A stretch of 52,166 nt of DNA, counting the filler, from Bipalium vagum (lineage: Eukaryota): assembly GCA_037834085.1 (NCBI GenBank). It is 2 parts of 2 records of this genome, joined end to end, with 100 filler letters (N's around TTAATTAATTAA, not from the genome) between each part and the next. Parts side by side here need not be neighbours in the genome. Positions count along the whole stretch, not along the records: positions 24,118 to 52,166 come from JBBMKC010062197.1; 1 more part is not named here. One strand, written 5' to 3'. The notes under the pieces are model-generated. The model made no database searches, had not been told where the DNA came from, and worked only from the letters and a program-made list of their open reading frames with translations. The position numbers and the translations under genes are program-made. Shown piece by piece: positions 37,178 to 50,418 of this stretch; within the stretch, counting starts at the first letter, position 1, and each line of letters opens with the position of its first letter.

Positions 37178-37599
37178 CTGATCAAATGATTATTTTATTA
37201 AAAATCCGTTTAAATAAGATCTTCATTTTTAAATTTAAAATCCTTATATAACATATACAATTTCTTCAAATCTGATTTGGAGATAATTTTATTTTTTCTT
37301 AATATTATTTAATGGGATTAAATTCGGTTTGGCCCGTTTTGTTTAAACGGACTAATTATAGTTATTTCATAGTAACATAAATTTTTTCAAATTTTTAAAT
37401 TTTTTTGTGATATTAAATTAATTTTATCTAAATAAGTGATTACCAAGATACCAATTTTCTTCATTGCTACAAGCATTGATTGTTACAAATTTTATGTATT
37501 TGAAATACGAATAAATGATTAATTTCTCCTATAGCTTCCTTACAACGACAAAATCGACCAGGAAAAGACAAGCAAGCTTTTTCACAAAATTTGATTGGT

Positions 37600-38300
37600 A
37601 TATTTATAAAAACATCATTAAATCTTGTATTAAAAGAACTAGTAGTAAATAAATATTCTGCTTAGTATGAACCTACAAAAAAAATTCCATGAGGATAAGG
37701 TCCAGTAACGTTGGTAGCCAATTAATAGCTCCATTTCTGCCAATCTAATTTCCAGAAGATTTTATTATTCTCGAACTTTAGTTGTCAGATTTTTCATAAA
37801 GACCATTGAGGAAGATAAGGGTAATTGATTAAGAGGGCTAAAAATAAGCTCTTAATATATCCAAATAGTTAATGTCTATCATATGTTTGGAGAAGAAATA
37901 GGATTCAATCAAGAAACTACAATAAATGCAGGTTCAAGCTATGAATTGACCAATCTCTCCATTGTCACATAAGGATTGTCTAAGAACCAATGAACATTGT
38001 TGTGTCTGTTCTTACAGTCATCAATATGGAATTTAGCATTGTGGATCCACAGAATGAGACTACAAAGACTTCTTTACAGACTATCTCGTGTTAAGCATTA
38101 AATTCATTCGATACCCGTCTAAGTGAGGTGCTTCGCTTTTCTTGCAACATTGGCCAAAATTTTCACTCTTATTTGGCTGACATCCACTTTTTGGTGCATT
38201 CAAATTTTCACGAACCAGATTCAGATTTCTAATGATGTGTTGAGATTTATTAACATCCTCATATTATGACGTAAAACATCATTCCGTACCCTACTTGTTT
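37600..38300 (-). mobile_element. Decayed Tc3-like (WPPRSPDL-type) transposase
   Basis: Minus frame SGN*IGRNGAINWLPTLLDLILMEFF corresponds to the P.RWIGR.G.I.WPPRSPDLTPLDFF motif. Boundaries approximate. Confidence 0.6.
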
Positions 38301-38963
38301 CATTTTGTGATTTAATTCAAAATATTTTCAGTTTCATTTTAAGCTTTATTTTTATCATTAAATTAAGTATATTTTATTTAAAATATTTTGCAAATTTTAT
38401 TTGTTATTGTTAAAATTTTTGACTGGGTAAATTTGAAAGGATTCCTGGGGAAATTTTTTTGGTTAATTTAACAAAACAAAATAGCAGAAAATATTAAAAT
38501 GTTTAATAATAAATTTATTCTGAGAAACCATTAAAAATAATTCAGACTTCATTCATTTATTTCATTTCGATTGAAAATTTTTGAAAAGACCTATATTGAT
38601 TAATCATAAAATCTATAATAGGTTTCCTATTGATTTTATGTTATTTATTGTCTAAATATTAAGAAAATATTGAAAATAGATAAATAAAAATTACTTAAGA
38701 AAAATATATTAATATTTCTCCAATAAATAGTTTGTCAATTAAAATAATAGATCTCCTAGAGCAAAATTTTCTTTCACCAGGCTTAATTTTAAAAGTAAAA
38801 TATTAAATGTTTTAAATTAATTAACATAATGGAGAATATTTTAATTTCAAGAGATGAAACCATATTAATGATTTAATTAACTTTTACAAAAATTTATTTT
38901 AATATTATTTATTTGGTTATGGCCAAACATCAATGGTATAGCTTTTAAAACTCGGTGAGATTA

Positions 38964-40130
38964 TTAGGTCTACAAATATGACTCCGCCGTTTTTATTTTT
39001 TATAATTAAAATTAAAATGAAATTATTTTTTGTATATTTGTTGTTTAAATAATATTCACTTTGAGCGCTAATTATAATAATATAATAATTTTTAAAATAG
39101 TTTGCACGTCATTAATTATTTACTATTTTAGATGACAACATTTGTGCCGGAAAATGGCCATTTGCTAGAAGCTTTATTATTTTTATTTAATTTAAAGAAA
39201 ATGCTGCAAAGCATATAAATTACTAGTACAGGCATTCTTTAGCTGAAAAAAACATGTCGAGAATGGTTTCAAAAATTCAAAACGGGCAATTTTAACCTTA
39301 ATGACAATTCCCACGGAAATCCACCAAAAAATTGAAGACCCTGATTTGCAAGACTTGTTGGACGAAGACGACTGCCAAACTCAGGTACAATTAGCTGTTC
39401 AATGAATCTTTCCCAACAAACAATCTCCAATCGTTTACGAGGTTTAAGAAAAATTCTAAAGGTGGGAAAGCGGGTGCCTCATGCATTAACAGAAAGAAGC
39501 CAAGAGCAGAGAAAAACCAAATGCGAAATTTTGATCAAAATGAACAAATGAAAATCTTTCCTTCATCGTATAATAACTAACGATGAATGGATATATTTCT
39601 CCAATCCCAGACGAAAAAGATCTTGGGTTGATCCAGGTCAGCTGACAAAGTCAACTCCAAAGCGCAAAATTCATGGGAAAAAATTATTGTTATGCATATT
39701 GTTGGATCAAAAAGATATCCTGTACTACGAACTTCTGAAACCGTGACTGCCAATCGCTATCAACAGCAGTTAATGCAACTAACCGAAGAAATCGCTGCCA
39801 AACGACCAGAATGGGCTGATAGACATGGGAAGATATTATTGCTTCATGACAACACTCGGCCTCATGTCGCAAAAACCGTTGATGAGGCTATAAAACAGTT
39901 GAAATGGGATGTCTTACCCCACCGCCATACTCTCCAGACATTGCTTCGTCATTTATTCCGTTCGATGGCACATGGTTAGTCAGAGCACAGCCTTATGACT
40001 TATGAAGATGTAAAAAAATGGATAGATCATTGGATTGCCTCTAAATCAAATAATTTTTTCTATGATGGCATACATAAACTACCACAACTTTGGGAAAACG
40101 TTGTCATGAGTGAAGAAAATTATTTTTAAT
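38964..40130 (+). mobile_element. Near full-length decayed mariner (Mos1/mauritiana-like)
   Basis: TA|TTAGGTCTACAAATATG left TIR. Motifs MTTFVPENGHL, TCREWFQKFKTGNFNL, RVPHALTER, SFLHRIITNDEWIYF, LLHDNTRPHVAK and HLFRSMAHG. Confidence 0.9.
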
Positions 40131-40663
40131 AAAAATCTTTTATAAATTTGCTTTGGTTGTATTTTATTTAGTAGATTTACAACTATTTATAACTATTATA
40201 GAAGATTTATAAAAGAATACTCTAAAAAATCTAGGCCCTTGGAGAGACCGTGTTGAAAGAGTGAGAAAAAATTAACATGGAAACTTGAGATGAAAGAAGC
40301 GTTCAAGGAGATATTGAGAGAGGGAATATAAAGAGTGATTCGAACAATTAGTTATTTTGAATGCTTTACAATAAGGATCTCATGCCTAGATTAACAATTA
40401 TTAAATGGTTTTAATTAAAAGTTTTTAAAAATTATAATGTAACGGTTTTTAAATTTTTAAATAAATGTTCGTTAATTTTAAAAAGTAAATAATTTAATTT
40501 TAATAAAAAGTGAGGTCCAAGTTTGAAAAGTTTGTTTGATTAATTGGTTTTAATAAAATATATTATTATTGCTTTGATTTTGAATTCTTATTTACAAATG
40601 ACTACACAAGAATATAACTGTTTTAATTAATGTAATTGTAAACATTGCAATAAAATGAAATTA

Positions 40664-40928
40664 CTGTAAAATCCTGAGTATAAGCTGCAGCTAATACGTA
40701 CATAAAGGCAACATTTTTGAATAGCCGCTAATATGATGTGCAGCTTATACAACTAAAAAACAATTCAAATCGAAGATAAGATTATTTATTTCAATTTTTA
40801 ACATCACACTTCTCAAAACCATCACACTTTTCATTGTCAGTGCTGCAGTTTATACGACTAAAAATACATTTTTATAAAATGTCATCTGCAGCTAATACGC
40901 ACTGCAGCTTATACTCGGGATTTTACAG
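40664..40928. mobile_element. MITE (pogo/Tc2-type ends), 265 bp
   Basis: TA|CTGTAAAATCCTGAGTATAAGCTGCAG ... CTGCAGCTTATACTCGGGATTTTACAG|TA, i.e. 27-bp TIRs with one mismatch. Internal repeats of TGCAGCT(A/T)ATAC. Confidence 0.85.
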
Positions 40929-40934
40929 TAGATA

Positions 40935-42140
40935 TTAGGTTGATGCTAAAGAAACGCCATAATTTTTTTTTCATAATAAATTTTATTTATCAAAATCACA
41001 TTCATTAGAATCAACACAACGTTGCCAACAATATGGAAGTACATCTATTCAGGAAACTTAGAATATAGCGGTTCTTGATTGGACAAAATCTCAGAAGGCG
41101 TTTTCAGCATCGTCTTAGCTCTTCAACAGTTTCTCTTGGAAGAAGTGGCCAAGATTCTTGAAGAAATGGTAACCTCTAGATGAGAGATCGAGCGAATATG
41201 GTGGATGGTCTAGAGTCTCATAGCCAAATTCATTAACCTTTTGCCACTTCATCATTGAAACATGCGACTGAGTATTGCCATGAAGAATAATTGCACGTGT
41301 TCTATTCACCAATGCCGGGAACATACGACCACTGTTTTCTATTATATTTTCTATTTGTTGACAATAAATGTCAAATGTAATGGTTTCGGCGGGATTAAGA
41401 GAATAGTGATGAATCGAATCAGTGTAAGACCACCAAACAGTCACCATTACTTTCTTTTGGTTATGTAATTGCTTAGGTGCCTCATCATGGTTCAACCATT
41501 GACTTGAACGTCGGTAGTTGTTATAGAAGATTATAAAAGGGATCGTTATTGTAACACAGGATGAGTGCAGATACCAAGTTAAACCGAAGAATTTTTTGAG
41601 ACTCTGTCAATTCGTGTGGAACCAATTTTGAAAGCTTTTTACCTTTCCAATTTTCTTCAAATATCGAAAAACGGTTTATTGGTCAGCTTTGAGTTCTTCA
41701 TCTTCTCCTGTATTTTTTCCATGGTCAATTTCTATCAACTATTTTAATTGGTCATCGTCAAGTTCCGATTTTCGACTTCCGTGATCTTCATCTTCAATGC
41801 TCTGATTAATACTACGAAATCGTGCGAACAACCTTTGTACCAAATGTTAGTCACCAGTGTTTTGTCAAAAAGCTTTATTGATACTACCAATCACCCCATC
41901 TGCTTTTTAACCTAGTTTGAATTCAAATAAAAAAAAATTCCCACAGTTGCTTCATTTTCAGCATTGCTAAAATGATAAAAATATAGCTTTGATGAACAGC
42001 AATATCATATTTATCATAAAAATATGTAGCAGATTCTAGGCTTTAAATTGAAACATTGACATAATTGAATTTAAAATTTATTAAAATTTCAATGATAAAA
42101 TTAAACATAACGAACCGAAATTTCTTTTGCATCAACCTGA
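40935..42140 (-). mobile_element. Full-length decayed mariner (cecropia/Hsmar1-like)
   Basis: TIRs TA|TTAGGTTGATGCTAAAGAAA / TTTCTTTTGCATCAACCTGA|TA. Motifs KKVMVTVWW, ILHGNTQSH and DHPPYSLDLSSRGYHFFKNL, with catalytic residues mutated. Confidence 0.9.
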
Positions 42141-42421
42141 TAAAATATTATAAATTATTTTAATTTATCAGAATAAAATCAAATTGGGTATCATGTGTTA
42201 AAACAAAATAATCAAAATAAAATACAATTCATATAATAATGATAATAAAATAATATTTAACAAAATTAATAATTAAAAGAATAATACAATAAAAATATGT
42301 AATAATGGAAATAATTATAATAATATCAATAAAATAATGTGATGGTAATAATAATAAAACAAACAAACAAACACGACAAAAATCCTCAAAAATGATTTCA
42401 AAATTAAATAAAAGTCCTGAC

Positions 42422-45400
42422 CTAAAATTAGGAAGACTTTGTCATCGATACTGACATTATTAACTGGGTGATCTGCCAACCATAAAGAAGATGCTAAGAG
42501 TATAACTGGCCAGTGAGTCTCGTACTGAATCTGATGACTGCCATCTGTGATGCTTATTGGTTGGAAGAGAGATTGTTGTGATGGATTTTTATTTTGTAAA
42601 GCCTCCGTCAATTCCAAAGGTAGTGTTAATATGGCATAAGCGTGGAGGGTTTGCCACCAGTGATTAGACAGAGTCTGAAGAACAGGCTCCACGAGATTCA
42701 TTAGGTCTCTCATGTTCTTATCACTGATCGCAACAATATATATCTCAGCCCATGCTCGTAGAACTGCCAATCCTTCGATGCTTGACAAAAATTGTGATGA
42801 ATCTTCGTTACACAGCTTGTCCAGAGAATTTATTAACAATTGATGGACCCGGCGCAGATCGTTTAGGTCTCGAGCCACACCTGAAGCAATCCAGCTGCTG
42901 CACACTTCACAAGCTGCAGCCGTAACTTCCGGTGCCGTACCAGGAGCAAATGCTGGACGCAGAGCTGCACCCACTTGAGCTTGATATTGTTCGAGAATTA
43001 TTTGATCTGTTTTTTATAATTAGCAAAACTGTTCGATCTTATAATCAAAAATAAAACCTGGAAACTCTGGCTCAGAAACACTCGCGAAAAGATTTATAAT
43101 ATCCTGCAAGGCTCCGAGACCAAATACGCGCAACCTGTTTATTTCAACCGTCGCCGCAATAAAAGCAAAACTGATAACATCGGATAAATGTAATATCAAA
43201 CAATCGGTTCGACCAGTGGATGACATAAAAGACCTTGCAGAAAACATGTTGAAATGACGATCTTTGTGATTTGAAGCAGAGCATATTTGAAGAAGTTTAC
43301 AGAAACATTCAGCTGCAAACACTTTGATCGGCCACCTGTATAATTGATAAATGAGATTTTATTAAACAGCAGGTATTGAAGAATTTTACGGAAATGTGAA
43401 ATGATTAATAAAAGGAATTAGTAATTAATAAAAAAAAACAATATTCCTGAAAAATTTGTTAAAATTAGTAATTATTAATTTAAAATTATTATGATTATCA
43501 TTTAATGAAAAAAGAAACAAAATTGAATCAGAAAACATTTCGAAAACCTATATTACAAAAAAATATTAAAATAATCTAACCTGCACCCACTAAATGGCTT
43601 CACTTTCTCATCCTTACTCGCTGTTATTTTAATATCGACGTCTTCACAATCCTCGTCGTTATCACCTGTTCTATTGATGTTATCCTTTTCCTTTTTATTC
43701 CCTTTATTATCTGATTTTCCAGCCTGTATGATTTAGTCAATTAATAAAATTTTTAACAACGTTGTACTTAATAAAAAAACGAAACAAAGAGAATCCATAA
43801 TATAAAAAATATTTCTTTCCTTTATTAATTATTATTTAACGGTGGTTCAACATATCTTTAGTACCAAGTATTTTTTTCAAAAAAACGCAACAATAAAAAA
43901 ATCTTCATTTTATTTCTTGTTTCGATGTTGTCTACTACCACCATTGAATGACTCTGCAAGACCTCCTTATATCACGTATCACATGCTTATATAATAAGGA
44001 TTAATTTTAATTTCTTTCCAAATGCCTGGCAATTTCTTAGAAACTTATTCCACCTTTATGAAGTCCTACTATTCCACATCCTTACAAGTCCGACAGTTGG
44101 ATGATGTTTTCCTTAATCAAGTCATACTAGTAAATTTATTACAAATCCTTCTTAGTAATCATGAAGTATTTGCGTACCTATTTAAATGATGACCATAGAA
44201 ACATATCTGATTAAAATAGTTTGATAAAATAGCAGATGTGATAATTCAGAAGTAATTTATCAGAATAATTAATGGTGTGGTTTTATTGAAAATAAGGATA
44301 ACATGATTCACATTAAAGAAAACAAAAAGATAAATTGAAAATATGCCATTCGATAAATGATATCCAACGATAACATTTTTCTCTTATAATCTAATAAAAA
44401 GTCATGAAATACTGAATAAGAATTCAAAGTTCAATAATATAAATGTCAAATTTTTATTTTAAGATATCTTTGAAAGAGAAATTAAGATTTGACAACTAAA
44501 TGTGTAATTTTGTTTGACATAAGAAAAAAAATAAAGGACTAAGGTTAAATAAAATAAATTAAATATAAAAGGTCAATTATGATTTAAATAAAAACTAAAA
44601 TTTACTTTGATCAAATTATTTAGAATTAAGAATATTATAAGTGCAACCTCAATCTTTTAATATCAATATAATTAAAATAATTTTTTTTCTCCAGAATTTG
44701 TTAAATTTCAAGAAAATGTTTCTGTCATCTGTGTTAAGCTGAAACCAAAATATTTCATAACCTTAACAAATAAAAATAAAATGTGATTTAGGACAGATTA
44801 TTCAATAAAATACTAGATATTATTAATTGATCATAAAGTGTCTTTTATTTTGTATCAATACAATATTTATCTAAACATTTACCAGGCTATAATAATAATA
44901 ATGTATTTTAATGATTTATAATTTAGACCAAATTTCATTTGGAACCATTATATTAAATATTAAAATGATTTTAAAAGTTTAATTAAGAAATATTTATTAT
45001 ATAATAAATAAAATAATTTCTCTCTGATATTCAAGTCTCTATTGTTAAATTGAAGTTTTTTTAATCAGTACACATTCTTTTTCTTTGATCAACAATAATA
45101 GTAATTTAGAGATGGTAAAATTTCAATTTAGTATATTATGGGCTATCACCATTTGATAAAATGCAGAGTTTCTTGATAGACAATAAAATCGTATAAGATT
45201 CTTTATTAAATAACAAATGAGAAAAATCCATCTACATTTTGTTGTTACACTGCTTTTCTTTATTTCAATAAATGTGGTTTTAGATATCACATCAGCAACA
45301 TTTTACAACAGTTAAATCAGTGAACAAGAAAGCTCCTTAATTGACCTTTGTCTTCCAATCAAGTGATTAGGGAACCTCCTGTACAGCCAGTATCTTACAA

Positions 45401-48400
45401 CATACAAATAGTGCACTGACACCCCATTATATTATAAATATATAGGAACCATAATTCGTTCAATATCTCAATTCCGGGACTTGGAAGAAGTATACTGACA
45501 ATACCCTCATAACTAAGACCACATTACATTCTTATTCCACGTTTGGAGTTATGAACACAAATTGTTTTTAGTGTTAGAATTGATCCAATAGCAACAATTA
45601 CCGAGGTTAATAATTTCATTTATCATGAACTAACTTTTGTCTGACAAAATAATCTTGATAAATAAAGAATCATTCTCAAATTGAATCAATAGAATCATTC
45701 CAAAAAAACTTCATTCTTCCATCAAAATAATCTTCCATGAACTCAATGAATACAGACCAGCTTCTTAATGGTATTGCAGCAACTGCTTTCAGTCATGCTT
45801 ATTTCGAGATCACTATGTCGAATTGACAGATTAATTGATTTCTCAACCATTTATTGAACTCTTTTATTGTTCTTTGTTCAATTTGAATGAGGTTGGTTGA
45901 ATTTTATTTGTTCAATTTTATTCGTGCACAATGCCAGTTTAATTAACTTTACTATTTTTTATTATTTTCCTTCTACAGCCTGATAACCTCAATGAAAGTT
46001 TTATTGAACTTGACATTCAATAAGACAATTTAAACCTTTTTTCACAGAAATAATAATTACCATTATATTTTATATTAAACTAAATTGATTATTATGTATT
46101 TATTCATACAAGCAAATTACCAATTTAAATCTCATCACTTGTTATTTTAAAAGATGATAATAATAATACATAATACATAAATACATAATACATAATAATG
46201 ATACATAATAATAAAAACATAAATAAGATGTTAAAGTAGACTAAAAACCAAAAATATTGATTTACTTTGGTCAAATTAATAATTAGGTTCAAAGTAAAAA
46301 TATCACTAAATAAAATATTCAAATTCAAAGTTAGCGCGGTATGTTTGGATATACGAATGAAAAAGGTGAAAGATTTAAGGATTATAAATTTCCATTCTTC
46401 TCAAAGATCTTGATTAAAAAATTACCTGGATAACTTCTTTCAATAATTGTAGCCATTTTGTCAACTGCTCTTCTCCATGAGATTGCAAAAGACAAAGAAT
46501 TGTATCTTCCAGGTCGGAGCACAATTTTGCATCTTGTTCTATGTCCAATAACTGAAACAGTGCTCCTTCCAATCCCTTTGATAATAGAGCTGCTTGGAGA
46601 ATTTCAGATGTAGTTGGATCTGATTTCGCAGTGATGGCTGTGCTTGAAGATATGGGATTGATTTGAGTTTGTTTGACATCATTTTTTATGTTGGTTTGGC
46701 CGGAAATTATCTGGGAAATCACTTGTTCCAGTTCGGCTGGGCTTTCTTTTTGAGCCAATTGTCGTAAACATGCCACAACAGCTCTCCTCAACAACAGATG
46801 GGGACTGGACAGACCTTCGTAGAGATGTGGAATGAGGGTCGATAAATTGACATGTTTCGGTGCAAACATGTGGAGCTGTTGCAAGCAGGAAACGGCCTCA
46901 GCTTGAACGAGAGAATCTGGATGGCCTTGTAAGATTGAACAGCTGACTGTGCATGACATGCGCAAACTGACGATCATTGTGGAATTTCCTGAAGGAGTTA
47001 CATAACGATAAGAAATCTAGTCTATCTCTTAACTTTTGGTGCTTACCTTGTAATTCTGGTCCGAGTGTTGTTATTAAAGCACCTAATACCTTGCCCAAAC
47101 ACTGATAAACATCAATCAAAGCCGGAGATATATTGAGTAAGAGTGAAAGAATTAAATTCATTGTTAATTCCAAATAATTTCGAAACATTGGCCCACCAGA
47201 ATCGGCTATAAGAGCCAGAGCGTGCAGTGACCACACCTAATTAAAAAAGAATATCAAAATCAAACATCTCATTTTAAAACACCATACTTGGACGACAGGA
47301 GAATTTGTATCCTGAGCAAGAGCCAATAAAATTCCAACACTAGTATTTAGATGCTGCCCGGAGCTAAGACTTCCGACATATCTATGAAGACAACCCAATG
47401 CAAGAGAATAACCGGTTCGATTTATCACATCACGAACCCCCTTCAATCTATCGAAGCTGTATTGAGCCATTTCAGCAATGAAGCTGCTGTCACCTATAAC
47501 TTGAGCCATTCGACCAAGACATTCACCAGCAGCACAGCGAAGTATAGGATTCTGATTAATAAGGGATCCCTGATAGGAAAAAAAATATATTTAATCGGTT
47601 CATAAAATTATTTTATTATAATTATTATTAATGAGTTATTATATAGATTCAGAGATCTAACTTAACGTTTGGAATAAATGAAAATTAAATTTAATTATGT
47701 TTCATATGACCAATAATCAATGAAAACATTCCAAATGTTTAGAGTTAATTGATTTAAAATTATTTTTATTTTGATGAAAAGAGTATTTCTACCAGCAGAG
47801 TAAAATGAAAAATTTTTCAAACTTAAAAATAATTTATTATTTAACAGTTAATAAAAATAATAATTATAAAATATAGTAATAATAATAGAAATATAAATAT
47901 TTTAAAAAATAATCTACATAATTATTTATTTTCGTTACAAAATGTTTAAATAAAATTATTATTTTAATTAATAATTTTTAATAATCAATTTATCACTAGA
48001 TTATTAAATAAAAAATAAACAAAATATTGATCCATCGATGATAAAAAAAATTTCATAATAATTATTGATCACATTTATAATAATAATTTTAAGATTAAAA
48101 ATGTAACTGAAACAAAATAATACTTTCTCTGATTTGGTGAAAATTCTAAATAAAATACTAATAAAATCACTTTTTAAAATTTTCTTAATAAAAAATAAAT
48201 TATTCAATTGAATCATGAAAAACGAAACCTCGGTTTCAGTAGATGATAGATTTTTCCTTTAATCACAAATGCTGACAAGGTATTTGACTTTTAGACAGAA
48301 ATCGATAAATAAAAGAAAAGTTTTTGTTTATTTCAGTAACGAAAACGAAAATTAATGAAATTAATATTTCTTTTTAAGATATTTGCGGATTTTTAATTTG

Positions 48401-48882
48401 AAAATTTTTTCATTAGAACTCATTGATCAATAAATATATTCAATAATGAAAATTTTCTCACAAAAATCAAGGCCACTGCTTCTTTTCTTAGGTTGTGCTC
48501 ACTGCCAAAAGACGATTTTGTTTCAGCCAATTTCCTCATGGCACAAAGAACTGCGGTAAAAATGTTCATTTGTGTAGCTTGTTGACGAGCTGATTTTGCT
48601 TGACGAATACATTCGGAAAAGTGTTCCAATATTTGAAGACGATGCTTCGATTGGATTTTCGGAAAAAGTAATCCAAATAGTTGAACTGAAGAATCTATAA
48701 CGGCAACGCCCAACGGTAACGGTGATGGATACGTTACAATACCTTTGGTCTGAGAAAAAAATCACGGAAATTAAAACTCTTGTCTGTCGCCCATTTACCT
48801 TGCAAATCGATGTCGTGCTAAGAAATAATGCAGCTTCATCGTGTTCCAGAGCTCCAGATCCGTTTGCACTGTTAGGTTGCAA
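42422..48882 (-). CDS. HEATR5B: HEAT repeat-containing protein 5 (HEATR5A/B, AP-1 cofactor); internal exons 48882-48799, 48749-48462, 47569-47288, 47236-47047, 46988-46426, 43723-43581, 43335-43058, 43006-42422; partial at both ends
   Basis: Eight GT-AG exons splice in phase (~804 codons). Hallmark segments: [96 protein letters not shown] and [15 protein letters not shown]. Confidence 0.95.
45290..45960 (-). mobile_element. Decayed Tc3-like transposase in HEATR5 intron
   Basis: [29 protein letters not shown] (FSDE..F..NG.VN..NC.YW block) and [21 protein letters not shown]. Confidence 0.65.
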
Positions 48883-50418
48883 CTAAAAAAAGTCAATGAA
48901 AAATGAGAAAAATACTCAAATTATGAAGAATCAATAAGAAGTGATTTTGATATTATATTTTTATCTAATGGAAGTAATGTAATTTTAAGAAAACTTTCAA
49001 AATGCTAGGAGTTCTAAATCTTTTAACAATTTTTAATAAATTAATAACTATTTTAATATACAACACATTGATTAATCCAACAGGAAGTATGATTTATTGA
49101 AAGGAATTCATATTAAACTTTATTATTTCAGTCAAAAAATAAAATATGGTTTTGCAATGGTTAATTTTAAAAGCAATATGAAAAAAATTTAATGTTTAAT
49201 TCAATTAATTTTCGTAAATAAAAACTATTTTAGATCAAACTGATATTTATTCCAAAATATTAACAAATTTAATTGATATTTTAAATTTACCGCCCACAAG
49301 CTAATTTTTTTCGGAAAGAATATTAGAAAAAGAAATTGAAGATACTATTATAATTATATATCAAAATGATAATATTATTTAATTTTTGAATAACATCGAT
49401 ACGAACTTCAAAGATCATACGTTGTTTGTAAAGTTTTTTAAAATTATTGAATTAATTTCCATAGGATTCAAAAAATTAATAAAAACATTTCATCTACTTA
49501 AACACGATAAAATCTAAAAATTATATATAAAGATATATAAATTGGAACTTCATTTATAATAAATATTTATTAATTAATATTTCCAAGTAAGGTGACAAAA
49601 TCATTTACAAAATGGCAATCGAGATGCCTATCAGGCTATAAATCAACATTGAAATTCCAAGGGAAATTAAAATATTTCACATTTTTCATATTTCTATTTA
49701 AAATATATCAGCGAGGTGTGACAAGTAAAGAAAAAAGTTCCTCCGCTGACAAAAAGGATTTGAGTTGAATAATTTTTAACCGAAAGATGCATCATCGAAA
49801 TTGTAAAATTACTTTAAAAAATTTAATTTAATTTATAAATAAAAATAACTCAATCAGGTTGTGTTTGGGATTAAATTTCAAAAACTTTACTTTTACAGAA
49901 AAATATTCTTTAATGAATTATTAATATGTAATCTTCACTTAAGCAGTCAAACTGAAAGTAATTTAGAAGAAAAAATTAAACATTAATCTACCAAAAAATA
50001 TCCCTTTTACTTTAGCTCAGACAACGTTGCAAATATTACAGAAATTAATCATATATAATAGAGAGATCTCTCAAAATATGATTTGACAAACAAATTTTAG
50101 ATTTTTTTAGAGAATTTGGGTAATGGAAGAGCAAAATTTTTTATTTGATCATAAAATTAAAAAATCATTAATGTTGAATAAAAATTGATGTACTTTAATA
50201 AAATAATTTTCATTCGTAGAAAATAAGATCTGAAAATTTGGAAATAGTTTATCATTTTTTATTCGATAGTAACTTAATTAATAGTAACTTAAGAAATATT
50301 AATATTTGTGACCGGTGTCTTCTCTAAAAATAAATATAATAATGATGATATCCAATTTTTTCATTTCCAATGCATGATTCTCAATTAATAATGTTGCTAT
50401 TTCAGTATTTTTTATATA

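Noticed and set aside
40230-40330. Gypsy RT-RNaseH linker-like KLTWKLEMKEAFKEI
   Set aside because: Too short to support a feature call.
37177-42422. HEATR5-F-BAR fusion protein
   Set aside because: Donor is phase 1 and acceptor phase 0, so there is no direct in-frame splice.
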